Source: Selaginella moellendorffii (Eukaryota; Plantae; Lycopodiophyta). Taken from it: a DNA stretch of 64,000 nt. The stretch spans positions 1,177,563 to 1,241,562 of the forward strand of contig NW_003314274.1 of the NCBI RefSeq assembly GCF_000143415.4. The letters run 5' to 3'. Numbering within the stretch: the stretch's first letter is position 1; each line of letters opens with the position of its first letter. Under the pieces are notes generated by a model that was not told the origin of the DNA, ran no database searches, and saw nothing but the letters and a program-made list of their open reading frames with translations. Of this stretch, positions 1 to 13,910 are shown piece after piece. The translations under genes and the position numbers were made by a program.

Positions 1-1400
1 CTTTAATGCTTCATATTGTTAATCTATCAAAACCTTATAAGGTAATATATGATGCAAATGGTTATGCATTGGGAGAAGTTTTTATGCAAGAGGGACAACT
101 TATTACATATAAGAGTTGAACTTTGAATATAGTAAAGCAACGTTATTTTACATATGAGCAAGAGTTACTCTTCATTGTTCATGCTTTATGGCACTATCTT
201 TATAGTGCAATATTTGTAGTGTTGATAGATCACAAACCTTTTATATATCTTTTCATATAAAAGGAGTTAAACACTAGACAAACTTGTTGAATGGTTAAAC
301 TCATGGAGTTTATGAAGTTTTTTATTGAGCATCCTTCGGGAAAATTAAATATAGAGTGCGCTCAGGCTCAGGATGCTAAGATGGTCTCTTTGCGAACTCA
401 GATGGAAGCACTTTTCTTATTGGTGGCTGCAATTTTTTATTACAATGCCCGTGTATAGTTGCCATAGGTGGATGTGTTAGTTACTCAAGCTTTATTCCAC
501 TATCATGATTGTCCAGAGGTTGGTCATTTTGGGGGAAAGAAAATGTATGAGTTGATTAAGCACAATTTTTATTGAACAAATACAAAGACTGATATCTTCG
601 AGTATTGTAAATCATGTGAGCTCTATCAATGAGTAAATGTGTTACGGGAGAAGCCAAGGGGATTTTTGCAACCTTTACCTATTCCTCAAAGCCATTGGTG
701 TAATATTTCTATGGACTTTATCACTTTTTTGCTATGAACACAAAGGCAAAATGAGTAAGTATGAGTCATTTGATGAAGTATGTGCAACTGTTGGCTCTTC
801 AGAAAACTATCACTGCCTCAGATTTAGCTACAGTCTACTTGGAGAAGGTTTTTCTTGATTTTAGTTTACCGAAGGACATCATTAGTGATTGAGATTCAAA
901 GTTCACTAATGGATTTTGGAAGAGCTTTGAAAAGGTCATATAAATGATTTTGAAACTCTTCAGTGGAGATCATTCTCAAACGGATGGGCAAACTAAACGT
1001 GTGAATCAGGTGGTGAAGGATATACTACATTGTAAAAGCATTTACCAAAGATGTTTAACTATAGCATTGGTCAAAGGTAAGGATAATGGGATCTATATTT
1101 TTTGTTAGTGCAATTTGCATACAACAATAACTAACACAATGGAATTAAACTAAGTTTTTACTTTGCCATGTTTGGAAGACATCCCTAAACAACGGTGGAG
1201 TTAGGATTGCATTTGAGTAAAGATGTTCAAATTAAGTTTGACTCAGAGGCAGCTGATTTAATCATATAAATTAATAAAATTTTAATGGTGTGCAAACAGA
1301 ATTTGCAAACAGCTCAATATAGAGTGAAGAAGTTTTTTAATAAGCATTTCCAATTCCAGGAATATAAGGTGGGTGATCTCATCTTTGTGTAAATCATTTT
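1..1400 (+). mobile_element. Degenerate Ty3/gypsy pol fragment (RNase H, integrase Zn-finger and core)
   Basis: Hand translation gives KPYKVIYDANGYALGEV, YEQELLFIVHAL, HYHDCPEVGHFGGKK, CKSCELYQ, LQPLPIPQSHWCNISMDFI and HSQTDGQTKRVNQ, with many stops and frameshifts. Confidence 0.9.
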
Positions 1401-1827
1401 TCGTCAACTAATCACCCCTTTAATCTATTGGCTTAGGGTAGGTTTTGACATTGTTGTTTAATAATCCTTCCTTTGTCAGGGAATGATTGTCCGTGATCAT
1501 ATTTAAACCACCCTTTGGTCACTATGGTTCTTTTAGGGTCTATCAAACCTTGGTTCTCCCTCTATTAAATATTCCTTTAGAATATTCTTGTCCCACTTGT
1601 CAGTTACAAGAATCGAATTGGGCTTCAATACCAAGGAAACAATAAATAATCTCCTGCAATTTGTTGGTAGTGCAATGTTAGTGTTTTAACTTAGCATCAT
1701 TTAATGTGCTTATGCTATCCATTGTTTAAGAATTAAAAAAAAGTATACTTTCAATTATAAATTTAATTATTAGAAATTGTGACTTTAAAATGTTGATTGT
1801 GGTTATGATAATTAAAGAGATGGTTAA

Positions 1828-2135
1828 AAATGCACTTCAATTTTTATATTCACAATCACATTGCACCTTAATTATAAAGTTTAAAGCTTATACTTTAAAT
1901 TTATTTGGCTTTTTTTAGAAAATATGTTTCTTGAAGATGCTTATAGCATAATAAAAATATTAAGATTTTTACTAATGCATATCTAAAAGATCTTTACATA
2001 GCTGAAATTTAGAATTCCATTTTATATGATTACTTTAATAAAAAATCTATTTATCCAGATAAATTTAAAGTGTAATCCTTAAATTTTGTAATTAAGATGC
2101 AATGTGATTGTGGATATATAATTTAAAATGTATTT
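1828..2135. repeat. AT-rich foldback / MITE-like element with ~80-bp imperfect inverted arms
   Basis: attcacaatcacattgcaccttaatta (~1848-1874) is the imperfect reverse complement of taattaagatgcaatgtgattgtggat (~2089-2115); the match extends on both sides. Confidence 0.55.
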
Positions 2136-2269
2136 GTAAGTCTAATATAGGTGTTTGTCTTATTAAACTACATATTCTACCTACAAAATTTTGAGTGTAT
2201 ATTGAAAATCTACTATATAAGTTATGAGTTTTTCTGTTTATTATCATTTTTAATTTTTATGTTTAAAAA

Positions 2270-2576
2270 TTTTATTTTTGAAATTATAAATGAATTTATT
2301 TACTAAAAGGGGTATATTTTCTTGATTTGTTTTTCTCAAATTAATGGCATAAAATTGTCAGGGATTATGGTGACAGGGCATAGTCCCACCATGGCAAGCT
2401 ACTCATCTCACAAATCCTCTGCCATCATGGATGTTAGGATCCTATTCCTTACACCTTTTATTTTTGAAATTACAAATGAATTTATTTACCAAAAGGGGTA
2501 TATTTTCTTGATTTTTTTGTCTTAAATAAATGGCATAAACTAATCAGGGATTGTTAGGATCCTATCCCTTACACCC
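2270..2576 (+). repeat. Local direct duplication (~95-bp unit plus a 24-bp unit)
   Basis: ttttatttttgaaatta-aaatgaatttatttac-aaaaggggtatattttcttgattt...cagggatt occurs at ~2271 and ~2456; tgttaggatcctat-ccttacacc occurs at ~2431 and ~2552. Confidence 0.75.
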
Positions 2577-3103
2577 TAAGCCAACTGATCATTTGTTTGT
2601 ATGGCCCTTTCTTATCCTATTATCTTGACATTTTATTAAATTTTCTTTTTATGTATAGATTTCTTTTATTTCACAATCTATCACACTGTCATGGCTTATG
2701 AGCATTTTCATGGTTGGGATTGAGTTTTTTTATATCAACAAATTATTGAAGGACAAAAAATTAATTAAAGAAACACTCTTGCCATTTCTAACACAAACTA
2801 CTGGGTATATTATCTTTCATCTAATAATTTTTAAAAAGTGTAGTTCCAGTTCTTTATATTAAAACTTCTTATTCAAAATATTCAACTCTATCAGCACCTC
2901 AAAATAAATATATAAACAAAAACTATACTTTTAAGCTTTTGAACATTATGAGCAATTATCATTCATCAATTGTCTCCCATAGTCTCAATAAAACTGATAT
3001 AACATAAATGACCAACGTAGATTTGGGTAGGTTTTCTTTAGTTTATTTGATTTAGGAACTAAGAGGGAGAATAAATTGGAGAATTTATTAAAAAAACTTT
3101 CTC

Positions 3104-4112
3104 AAGTAAACTCTTCAAAACTTTGATCTTGAGAAGCTCCTTGTGAACTCGTGGAATCTGGCTCTTGGTTGTGGGATCCCAGGTGGTAGACACTCTTAGA
3201 GCTATGGTGGGTGCTTTGCCTTCCAAAATTCGCAACACCTACATGCAACAATGTCAACCTTGTACGTTCATGATTTTTCTTCATAAGGATCAACCTGACT
3301 CATTCTTGGCCTCTGCGAGGGTTCTCTTCTCAGGCAAAATGCCGCTGCGTGGACCATTCCTTGGATCTTGTAAAGCTGTTACTCCTGGAATAAATCTTTA
3401 ACCAGTCGTGGATCTAGTAAAGAATCGGCATCTCTTACATCGAGTTTTGGACGAGCCTGTAATTAATACTAAATAGAAATAAATATAAAAATATGAACCT
3501 TACGCATTCTGTGAGACATTGTTCTGCATGAGGCAGAGATATATCAAGTGATCTCCACACCAAATGAATACACGTTAGCTTTCTCTGTAACCTGTCCACT
3601 TGAAGCATACTCTGGAGCCAAATACCTTCAATTCTAAACATTAAATCTCATATTAAAATAACATATGAGTTTTGGTTTCTTACCCCAAGTGTGCCAATTA
3701 CCTTTGTCTCAACTGTGGGCTGGCTGCTTGTATGCCATCTAGCCAATCCAAAATCTCCAACCTGTTACCATATAAGTAATCTTATAGTAACAATGGTAAA
3801 TATCTTACCATTGGAGCATAGTCATGTGTGAGAAGAATGTTGTGTGGCCTGAGATCTCTGTGAATTATATAGTTCCAATGCGGCATTCCTCATGAAGATA
3901 TCGCATCGCTCTGGCAGCCCCCAAAGCGATTCCCTCTCTTGCACACCATGTGTATTTCAGTGTTTAGAAAAAGAAAAGAAAAGCCAAATAAGTGATAGCT
4001 GAGTGACTTGTTGCACACAAACTCGTAAACAAGCATTCTCTTTCCATCCTCGACGTAAATTCCTAGCAAATTTACCAGGTTTCGGTGCTGTGCTCCACTC
4101 AGAACCTCTGTG
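3104..4112 (-). pseudogene. Inverted partial copy of the 3' half of the kinase gene at 11053-13576 (introns retained)
   Basis: Reverse complement matches ~12465-13530 including intron sequence; has a ~26-nt deletion after VYSFGV, a damaged intron acceptor and no N-terminal half. Confidence 0.9.
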
Positions 4113-4952
4113 CGCCAATGGTTTCAGGAGTGCATTATCGGGTAAGGCGCTCGCTTCAGGAGTGCATTATCAGGTAAAGTTCGCTTACGCTTCACAGCCC
4201 AGTATGGTCCTCCTCAAGATCCAAACACGTTTATTTGCAGAGTCAGGCGTACTGCAACAACGGGACGCGTTGGACATTCGGTTGTTTTCCTTATGGAGAA
4301 AAGATTTGTATCATATTTTCGAGAATACAAGAGGAGCACCACTGTAACTACATTTTCCGGTCAGCGATCCTTACTTCTTTATTGTATTTAGGTGGAAGAA
4401 ACTGAAGGTTGGCAAGATTGCTATGGGATTTGGCCTCTTACAGGTACCTTCAACACCTCCCGAGAGAGATTCCAAGTCTGAAAAGCCAAAGAAAATCGCA
4501 GGCGTCAAAGGTCCCTAGCAAAAAAGAGAAGCTTGAGAGCCATGGAGTGGAAGAAGCAGCAACAAAAGCAGAAGCTCTAGGTAACAGTTACCACTGCGTA
4601 GATGCTGCGAGTGACTCCCAGTCCCTAAAACAGCTGTGGTGCACTTAGTTAGCCATTAGCACACGAGGTCCTTCACTTGACTCATTCATTATTTCTATTT
4701 GCTAGATGGAAACCACTCAAAGAAAATGAGCAAGAAGATTTAACGACAAAAGAGCTTTTACATTTACTTCAGCTGCTTAACTAAATAGCTTACTTTTTGA
4801 ATATCTTCTGATGGTAAGAACAGCAGACTTATACAAGAGGCTCTAGAACTTAGAGAGGATGGCTACCAAAGGGAGAAAATTCGAGGGCGTTGAAAAACCT
4901 GGCACAAGAAACAAAGAGCTCAGTGCTTAGTAAGCTTGAAATTGACACACCT

Positions 4953-6260
4953 TCACTCAGTCGGAGAGTCAGCCTCAAAGGCCGCTTGGAGAGAAGCTTG
5001 CGCTGCTGGATAGACGAACACCAGAATGTTCTCCATTTTGGTCTGGAACTCGTCGAGCATCAGCTCCAGCACTGTGTCCACGAACACCTCCTCCGACTCC
5101 ACCACTTGATACGTACCGGCATGCAAACGCCACGGGATCGATCTGGCATACTCGAGCCCCACGGTGAGCCCTGCATCGTTTAACAATACCACGACTCTGA
5201 AAGAAATAAAAGTCACATGTAAGTACTAGTTGACAGAAGAAAGAAAGAAAAAGAAAAAGAAAAAGAAAAAGTAAAACTTACCCTGGAATGTTGAAAAACG
5301 CATTCCAATTTGTTTTTCCATCGGCTGCGAGTGGGATTTCCACATCTGCTTCTCTCGCAAGCCTCACGCATTTCTCCCGAGCGGCCTCACAGAGCTTTCG
5401 CAGAAGCACTCGCTCGAACATGCGCAATGCAGATAACCTCTGCCGCAATGCTGAGAGTTCACGGCCCTGGGCTGAAAGCTGACGACTCTGGTCTGTAAGT
5501 TCCTCCTTCAGCTTCGAAGTTTCTTCCTTCAGCTTCGAAGTTCTCTCCTTCAGCTTCGAAGTTTCCTCCTCGAGCTTTGCCACTCTCTCCGTGAGTTTGG
5601 TAATCTCCTCCTTAAGGCTGACGATCTCCCTTGAGTCCTTCTGCAGCTCCTGGATTTTCTCAGCTTGCTCTTTGTTGACCTTCATAAGCTTGTCATTCTG
5701 TGCCTTTGTGTTCTTGATCTCTTCTTTCTGGTTGGTGACTTGCAGGATCAACGTGGAGTTCAGAGCTTTGAGTCTCGTGTTTGTGCCCTCCAGTCCCTGG
5801 TCTGCCTTGGGAACAACCCTGATGTAGTTCTGTCTGGCCCATGCCTCAGGCGTCAGCCTCGAGTTCTTGTAGCTCGGATCACTGATTTTGGCCTCCAGAT
5901 CTTCCTTCCGCAGGCTGAAACGTTTCGCTGCCGCATCCACCGCAAAACCAAAATCGCCATCCAGAGATTTCTTCCAGTCACCCGCTGGAAGAGGCCATGC
6001 AGACAGTGCACTCCACGTAAAAAATCGGGACGCACGGACGATTCTCTCCAGGCGCAATGTAGTTCCCTGGAAGAAAAAAAAAACGAGGATTCCAGGACAA
6101 AGAGCTACCACAAAGCTTCTACGAGGGCAGAGGCATGAATACCATATTCTGCTTGGCATCCAATCTCTCAGCTTCGAGGGGGAATTCCCTCTTTGCTCTG
6201 GCGAGAGATATCTTGGCAAGGGGGGCGACTTGGGATCGGGAGTGACCTGCTGCTCATCGC
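4953..6260 (-). CDS. Lineage-specific coiled-coil protein, multi-exon (copy 1)
   Basis: Heptad-rich ORF (LKEETSKLKERTSKLKEE). Predicted GT-AG introns 6142-6067, 6035-5985 and 5281-5197; splicing the last joins IPG to VVVLLNDAG. Stop at 4953; start uncertain. Confidence 0.7.
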
Positions 6261-6406
6261 TCCACTCGCCGCCAAGCACTTCGCCAATAACCCTAAACGA
6301 ATGCTGGGTCATAGGATTAATTTTCATCTAACGGCTGTTGTCAATTTAGATTAATTTTAATACATTTACCAAAATCACTTTTGTTTTAATTATTACTAAA
6401 AGTTAT

Positions 6407-7975
6407 TTATTGAAACCGCAAAGAAACTTTGTCAAGAAGAGCAACTCTTTTAACTGCGAGAAAGGTTTTAAATTGATAGAAATATGAAAACTTTGTGATA
6501 TACATACCATCACCGTAGCAAGCCATCTTCTCCGCAACTTTACAAGGGTCATCAAAAGTGCTCATGAACTGCGTTGATAAATTCTTTTGCAGGCTTCCTG
6601 TCCCCAAAATAAAAAGCTCACAAAACAATTTACAAATTATGTAGTCTCTAACCTGCAACCATAGGTGAGAATTTGCCGATCAATGTCCTTATTCACGACC
6701 ACCTATAAGAAAATATATAGTTCTTCTGTGCATAGAGAAACGAGAAATCACGAACCTGAGGCTTGAGATTCACCAAAACAAGTGAAATGGTTGCATTCTT
6801 CGTCGACTACAATGGAAAGAACGTTCATAGAGAAGTGAAAAAAGAGAGTTCCAAGTTGAGTACCTTCTCGTCTCCTACAATATCTACCAGTCCGTCTACA
6901 AACTTGTGCTCCTAGATAAACAGCACAAGGACACGCATTTGAGACAAATATTACTTGAGAGCGCTACTCACAGAAGATGCGTGGATCCCAAACAAGCCGG
7001 AGTCATTGTACACAGAAGTAAAAGCAGTAAAATTTTCCACCTTGGGATGGAAAACGAGAATGCGAACTAAGTAAGAACACTAAAACCAAACCACGATTCA
7101 TAGATACACAATCTGGACTGGATGACCTTGCCCAGGCCCCCAGTTGAAAACGAACCGACTAAAACGGAAAAAAAAAAAAAAAAGTTAACATTTTCTTCCA
7201 GCAAACTTGAGAAAGAAGGGGAAGCTTTACCTGTAACACAGTTGCTGCAACAGCATTGCGTTCGCTTCTCCAGCCATCAGGGATTTCAAAAGCGATGGAA
7301 GCCCATGTAGTCTGCTTAAAAATGGAAGAGCTAAATCCATTTAGACTTCCAACAAAGAGAAAACACAAAAATGAAAGAAAGGAAAAACTCTTACATCACT
7401 CTCGCCTTGAAGGGGCTACCTCTGGGGGCGCCACCAGAGGCATGTCCTCAAACAACGGTTTCACCAGCGAGAGAAAATAGTCGTGCTTGATGCCAGACCC
7501 AGCGAAAACCATCCGTGAAGCTGTTTAGTTTGCCCACAAAATCTCCCTGCTATTAGAAAAAACACAAGAATAACGAAAGCAGGAAGACATGAGAAAGCTA
7601 GAAACTCGTGAAAAGCACGAGAGTCAGAGTTTATCCAATGAGGACTCACTTGCCACCAGCACTTTGCCAAGAGGGCCATTGTAACCAGCGGGATGCAAAG
7701 CTTCCAGAAGCATTGCTTGAGTTGGCAATATCTTTAATCTCTTCTCTCAAGATGTCAGCATGTGAATCCAATCAACCCTGTAAGAAAAAAAAGAAAAAAA
7801 GAGAAAGAGATATTTGTTCTTTGATATCCCACTCATGGAAAGCCGGGTTCCGGATGCTATCAGCAAGAACAATCTCGGGAACAAAGCTCCTTATCAGATC
7901 ACCCGTATAAGACATTTGCTCTCGTGAAAGCAGATGCAAGAATATTACCGTCGATGGCTTCTGCTTCGTGGACAA
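6407..7975 (-). pseudogene. Mitochondrial processing peptidase alpha subunit (M16 family), degenerate multi-exon copy
   Basis: Exons read SREQMSYTGD...DSIRNPAFHEWDIKEQ, IAFEIPDGWRSERNAVAATVLQ, GSFSTGGLGKVIQSRL (degraded Gly-rich loop), FTAFTSVYNDSGLFGIHAS, KNATISLVLVNL and DIDRQILTYG; deletions and frameshifts present. Confidence 0.85.
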
Positions 7976-8405
7976 GCCTCAAGTGCGTCCTGTTTCGCGT
8001 GCTCTTGAAAACCATGTGAATAGTAAACCAAATACATTTATAATATTTACATGTTTCTAGAGTTTTTCATATAAAACGAAATGAATTTCATGCACGGGGA
8101 TGACAAGCGCGCCACACAGTCATCGTACCAGATCGCGGAGATGGAGGGAGCCGCCACCACCGCTGCCGCCACGGGATGAAAAACTCTCAAAGTATTTCAG
8201 AGTTTCCATCTATTTTTTTTATTCTATAATCTAATGGTTAATATGCAATAAGATTAATCTTGATTTATAAATGATAAACATGTTTATAATTATTGATCAA
8301 TTGAATTATTGGACATTACTATTAAGCAAGCATTATTGCATGCAACACACAGCAAATTATTAAAATTATCAGTGAATATTTTGAGTATATAAAAAATAAC
8401 TAACT

Positions 8406-10832
8406 TAACTATTTAACTGCACAACCAACCTTGACTCTGGAAAAAAGATATTAAGAACTCTTTGCCATCGAAACTTAGTAAGTACATCACTTGCGCATCC
8501 TGTGAAAAATAAGCTCAAAAGTCATAGTTTGTAGTCCAGAAACAAAAAATACCTCGGGCCAACTACAAAAAGTCTCAGGAGAAACTTGAAGAAGATTGAA
8601 TGCAGCCTCACCATCGACTCTAGCACAAATTTCCCTGCCTGGTTCTCCAACGTCAAAAAGATAGACGTCTGCGTGGAAAGAGAGCGACGCTTGATCGCAA
8701 CTACGTGTACAGAAACAACAAAACCAAGCGCCACTTTCATCCGTCACACGCCGACCACAAGCACCGTGTATTTTATGAAGCTGGAGCTCCACTCTTTCGA
8801 GCCTTACGACATCATCTTCTCAGGTCAAATAGAGAGCTTAAAAGGAATCTCTCCTACCTGGCCATAGCTAGACCATCGAGAGACAGGAACAATGCTGTGA
8901 AGACACGGGGAAGAGATGACTGCAGTGAGATGGGAAACCTTCACGAAAGATGCTCCTTCCGTGCTCTCGGTCCAAGAACATTTCAGCCTGCAACGAATAA
9001 TCGTTAAGGAGGCGAGAGAGTTTTTCTTTTACCTTTCACCAGTATCTGTATAAGTAGCAAGGCCGGATATAAACACAAGTTGTCCGGAATAAACCTCGCC
9101 AAAAGACCTGCCAGCCAAAGTCACTCTCAGAAAAAATCAAAAATAAAAGAAAAACAATTAAACATTTTTACCAGCTCTCCAGCATGAACTGAAGCTCAAT
9201 CTCGATAATTCCCGTGTCGTCGTTAATAGACAGTATAGATGGTTGCTTGGCAGATGAAATCTGACAACCAACAAACGCTGCTGTACCATAAACTGCAAGG
9301 TTGAACATCTTTGGTCTCAAGTCCTTTACCAGAAGCTTCAATCAGTAGGAATGAGAAAATTTGCATTGTACATACACGAGCGGGGAAATGGTTGAGATCA
9401 ACAGCACCGTGTGGGTTGCGTGGAATTAGCACTTCCGATCCAAGACATGTTTCGTGATCAGACGCTACTGTCACCTTTGACAACGATTCGAAGATTATTC
9501 CGAAGTAAACGCAGTTTTACCTCTTGCTCGAGTTGAAGACAGGGCGGCACACAATAGATCCGAGTGCATGTTCCAGACTCCAGGCTTATCTCCATTGTGT
9601 CACAGTTTACAAAGGGTCGTTCAAGGGCCAACATGCTTCCGTCACTGCAATCACGTAAAACATGTTTACTACAAAAGCAGAAAGCCTGATACGAAACCTT
9701 AGCAAAGTGGCGATAGGAACCTGGTCATTCCACAGGACGAATGGCACCGTGATTCCCTCACTATCAACAAGTAAGATTGTTTTCCATCTTCTGTCGCCGT
9801 TCGTCTCAGTCTCCATGGACTTTTCCAGTCTATCGTTACAAAGTGATTAAGCCATACTCGATCGATCACGCGAAACAACACTTACTTGGCATAAATATGG
9901 TAATCTCCGGCAGCTCCACGTTGTATAGACGGGAAAGTGTCAGAGAGAAACTGCTCGCCGAGCAGCATTGCATCGTGTTCTTGGTCCTGAGTAGAAAACA
10001 GTAGCTAACTCACAAAAAATCAAACATTCACTGCACCTCGTCAAGTAGGACTACTAGGTGCTCTGTGGGTAAAAGACGCGGAGCACACGATCCATCTCCA
10101 ACTCTCAGCCTACAACCTGTCATGCGTAGATCTCGACCTCTCTTAATAGTTCCCTCCTCATCATGTACCATGTCAAAAAATCTATGAACAAAAGAAGCCA
10201 TCAACAAAAAAAGGTAAAGACGAATACCAGAAGTTCTTGGCTTACTTTCGGTGCAGATAGTGGTCGACTGTGTTCCCGCTGGAAAGATCTCCAAGCGTAA
10301 GAAGATAGCTATTGCTCCCTGGAAACTTTGTGTGTGATACCATCAATCAACCGAGAATGCAAGCTAAATGAGCTTACCAGGCAAGACGTGGATGTCCAGA
10401 ACAACGACCTCCATCACGGCATCCAGAGAAACAAACTTCTTCTCCAGAATCGAGTCGACAGTCACAGCATTTGCCAAATGCTGATACCGCGCCCTCCTCG
10501 TCCTCTTCATTTGCATCACGGGGTGATTCTCCGCAAGCCTCCCTCTGCCTCTGCCGCGCTCCCTCTCGCCCCAGGCCTATCATCCACAAACAACACCTAC
10601 ATTCCTCAAAAATCCCTCGAACCGACCGAGAAGTCCTCACCTGGAAGAGCTCCGCGAGAAGAATCCCTTCCGTGACCACGCGGGGATGAGCTTGGCAGCA
10701 CGAAAAGACGCGCGACATCATCCACGCCCATCCGGGCACCGCTGCGCCATCGTCGTGCCGCCGCCGGTACTCCTCGAGCTCCTTCCTCGCCCATTCTATA
10801 AACCCTAGAATATCATTTCCCGCCATAACCAT
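8406..10832 (-). CDS. OB-fold nucleic-acid-binding protein (CDC24-OB / At3g17030-like family), multi-exon
   Basis: Exons GWAWMMSRVFSCCQAHPRVVTEGILLAELFQ, GRDLRMTGCRLR...PRLLPTEHLVVLLDE and ILLVDSEGITVPFVLWNDQ; C-terminal Zn ribbon HGACG...WFCCFC; short GT-AG introns. Family recalled from memory. Confidence 0.75.
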
Positions 10833-11052
10833 TCCAAATTTACACACGGGTAAAGTTATAAGCAGCCAGTGGACGAGAATCCCGATGTTCCCTTGTCTCT
10901 TACCTCTTTGTTTACTCTCTTTGCTCGATACTTGTGGAATCCCGGCCTTAGAATCTCTTCCTTCTCCCAAGAAAGGATTCCAGGGTCATCACCCCGAGAG
11001 GAGAATTCAAGCAAAGATCTATCACAAGATCAAAGGGAACTAGAAAGAAGAA

Positions 11053-13576
11053 ATGGATCGAAAATCTTTGTCTAGTGTTCCTTTGCCGAGCAACATAGCC
11101 ATACTTTCGGGCAGCACTGTGCCTGGCCATTTTTCTTCTACTTCTAGTTCTACTGCTACTACTACTACTCTTCCTTCTAATCGAAACATTGTGGTAATTT
11201 TTGATGCGTCGAGGGAGATGTCAAGCATCGCTGTGGAGTGGACGTTGGAGAGAATTCTTCAGCCTGGGGATGTCTTGACACATCTTGGGATTTTACCGCA
11301 AACAGTCACAGGAATTGTAAAACTCAGTAAGTTTTTTCGCTTCTTTTTTGCCTTTTATTTTAATATTTATTGTTTAGTGCGATACAAGCCCCAGAAGGGG
11401 ACTGAACAGTCTATCGTTGGCAACCAGGATGAGGAAATTTGTAAGAAACTGAAGCTCTACAGCTTAATTCTCAGTGATATTCAAAAGGCATGCGAGGATC
11501 TAAACGTAAGAAATCATTCTAAACTTTTGGTTTTTTTTTATGTATATTCTTTTTAACAGGCCAGTTTAGATCTTCGAATTGTTACTGGGCATCCACTGAG
11601 TCTAGTTGCTGTGACCGAAACAAGAAAACTACAGCCTACATGGGTTATTCTAGACAGGTTTTTTTTTCTTCTTCTTCTTCTGTTTTTTAGGTCCTCTTAA
11701 TTAATTTGCTATGAATCTGGATAGAAATATGAAGAGACATCGCAAGCATATAAACGACCAGCTCTCCTGCAACATGATTCTCATGGATCGGAACAACGAA
11801 GGCAAGATTCTCAAGCTTTGCGCCCCGATGGTGTTGGGACCATCTCTCCAGTTCCAAGACATCTCCGACTCCCAAATCCTCGACACAGTTGGAAAGTATC
11901 GCTGCTTTTCATCCTCCGGAGGGGATTCGGACAGCGACACGATCCTCACACACAGTAAACACGGTGAATAGCATTTTCGTTATTTACATTATTATATTCA
12001 ATTTTTCCATGGTTTCATGTTCAAAGCACTCAAAGGAGGAACATCAAATAACAGTGTCACTGTTGATCCTGGCCCGAGTGAGAATGCGGCAGTGGAGTTG
12101 GACGCTGTACTGCCGACAGAATTGGATGAAACCAACACTGCAATCAAGCTGGATAAAGAGAAACTTACGACTGATGAAGCGATCACCGAGGACACCATCC
12201 TCTTCCCAAAACCCGGGAGCTCGGCACTGCCACTTTGCTCGGTTTGCAAGCACAAGCCCCGCGATTTCAAGAGACAGACGAGAGAGTTTACGTATTCTGA
12301 GCTCGAGGAGGCGACAGACAATTTCTCGCATGCCAACTTTCTGGCCGAGGGAGGATTTGGGTTTGTGTACAAGGGCGTTCTCAAAGGTGGCCAACACATT
12401 GCCGTGAAGCAACACAAGCTCGCCAGCACGCAAGGAGGGAGGGAGTTTTGTGCAGAGGTCAAGGTTCTGAGCGGAGCACAGCACCGAAACCTGGTAACTT
12501 TGCTAGGATTTTGCGTTGAGGATGGCAAGAGAATGCTTGTTTACGAGTTTGTTTGCAACAAGTCACTCGACTATCACTTATTTGGTACTTTCTTTTCTTT
12601 TCTTTTTTCTTTTGTCTAAACACTTGGCTTTGACATGTGACAATGGTGGCAGACAAAAACACGGTGTTACCATGGTGTGCAAGACAGGGAATTGCTTTGG
12701 GGGCTGCCAGAGCGATGCGATATCTTCACGAGGAATGCCGGGTTGGAACTATAATTCACAGAGATCTCAGGCCACACAACATTCTTCTCACACATGACTA
12801 TGCTCCAATGGTAACCATTGTTACTATATCGTTTCTAGATTACTTATATGGTACCAGGTTGGAGATTTTGGATTGGCTAGATGGAATACAAGCAGCCAGC
12901 CCGCAGTTGAGACGAAGGTAGTTGGCACACTCGGGTAAGAAACCAAAACTCATATGTTATTTTAATATGACATTTAATGTTTAGAATTGAAGGTATTTGG
13001 CCCCGGAGTATGCTTCAAGTGGACAAGTTACAGAGAAAGCTGACGTGTATTCGTTTGGTGTGATTTTACTCGAAATGGTCACAGGCCGGAGATCATTAGA
13101 TATATCTCTGCCTCATGCAGAACAATGTCTCACAGAATGGGTAAGATTCATTTTTTAAAAATTTCTATTTAATATTAATTACAGGCTCGTCCAAAACTCG
13201 ATGTAAGAGATGCCGATTCTTTACTGGATCCACGACTGGTTAAAGATTTACTCCAGGAGTCACAGCTTTACGAGATCCAAGCAATGGTCCACGCAGCGGC
13301 ATTTTGCCTAAGAAGAGAACCCTCGCAGAGGCCAAGAATGAGTCAGGTTGATACTTACGAAGAAAAATCATGAACTTACAAGGTTGACATTGTTGCATGT
13401 AGGTGTTGCGAATTTTGGAAGGCGAGAGAGGTGAAGCACCCACCATAGCTCTAACAATGTCTACCACCTGGGATCCCACAACCAAGAGCCGGATCCCACG
13501 AGTTCCAAGCAATACCACGCTCAAAAGTCCGAGCAAGCAAAGCTTTCTCTCATATAATGAGATGATCACCAGCTAG
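11053..13576 (+). CDS. Receptor-like cytoplasmic kinase with N-terminal USP-like domain (HRDxRPxN-type family), multi-exon
   Basis: N-terminal [27 protein letters not shown]; PLCSVCKHK; [51 protein letters not shown]; last exon ends at TAG 13574-13576. Confidence 0.92.
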
Positions 13577-13701
13577 ATGGCGTGAGCTACCATGAAAGTT
13601 GACTATAGGTAATATACTCAAGAGAAAAAGAGAAACTATTCTTCGTGATGTTGTTACAAGAAGCTACTATAATCCAAAGTCATACAAAGAGCTTCTCAGG
13701 A

Positions 13702-13910
13702 TCAAAGTTTCAAAGAGTGATCTTGGCTGGCGCCATCCATCGCAAAGAACTCGGAGATCACCTCCAGCGGCATGCCTTTGGTCTTGGGAACCTTGAACAG
13801 GGTGAAGATCCAGGGCACTAACACCACCACCACAAAGCAGCCAAACAAGCCACCGATTCCCAGCACCCCGAGGAGCTTTGGGCACATGTTGGTGAGGAGG
13901 ATGTTGCAAG
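13702..13910 (-). pseudogene. C-terminal fragment of a tonoplast monosaccharide (MFS sugar) transporter
   Basis: WIFTLFKVPKTKGMPLEVISEFFAM matches the VPETKGMPLEVI motif after TM12; no upstream exons recognisable. Confidence 0.75.

Noticed and set aside
1031-1065. Intron in the old gypsy integrase relic
   Set aside because: The apparent ~33-nt GT..AG insert is shorter than the other introns here and the region is too decayed to judge.
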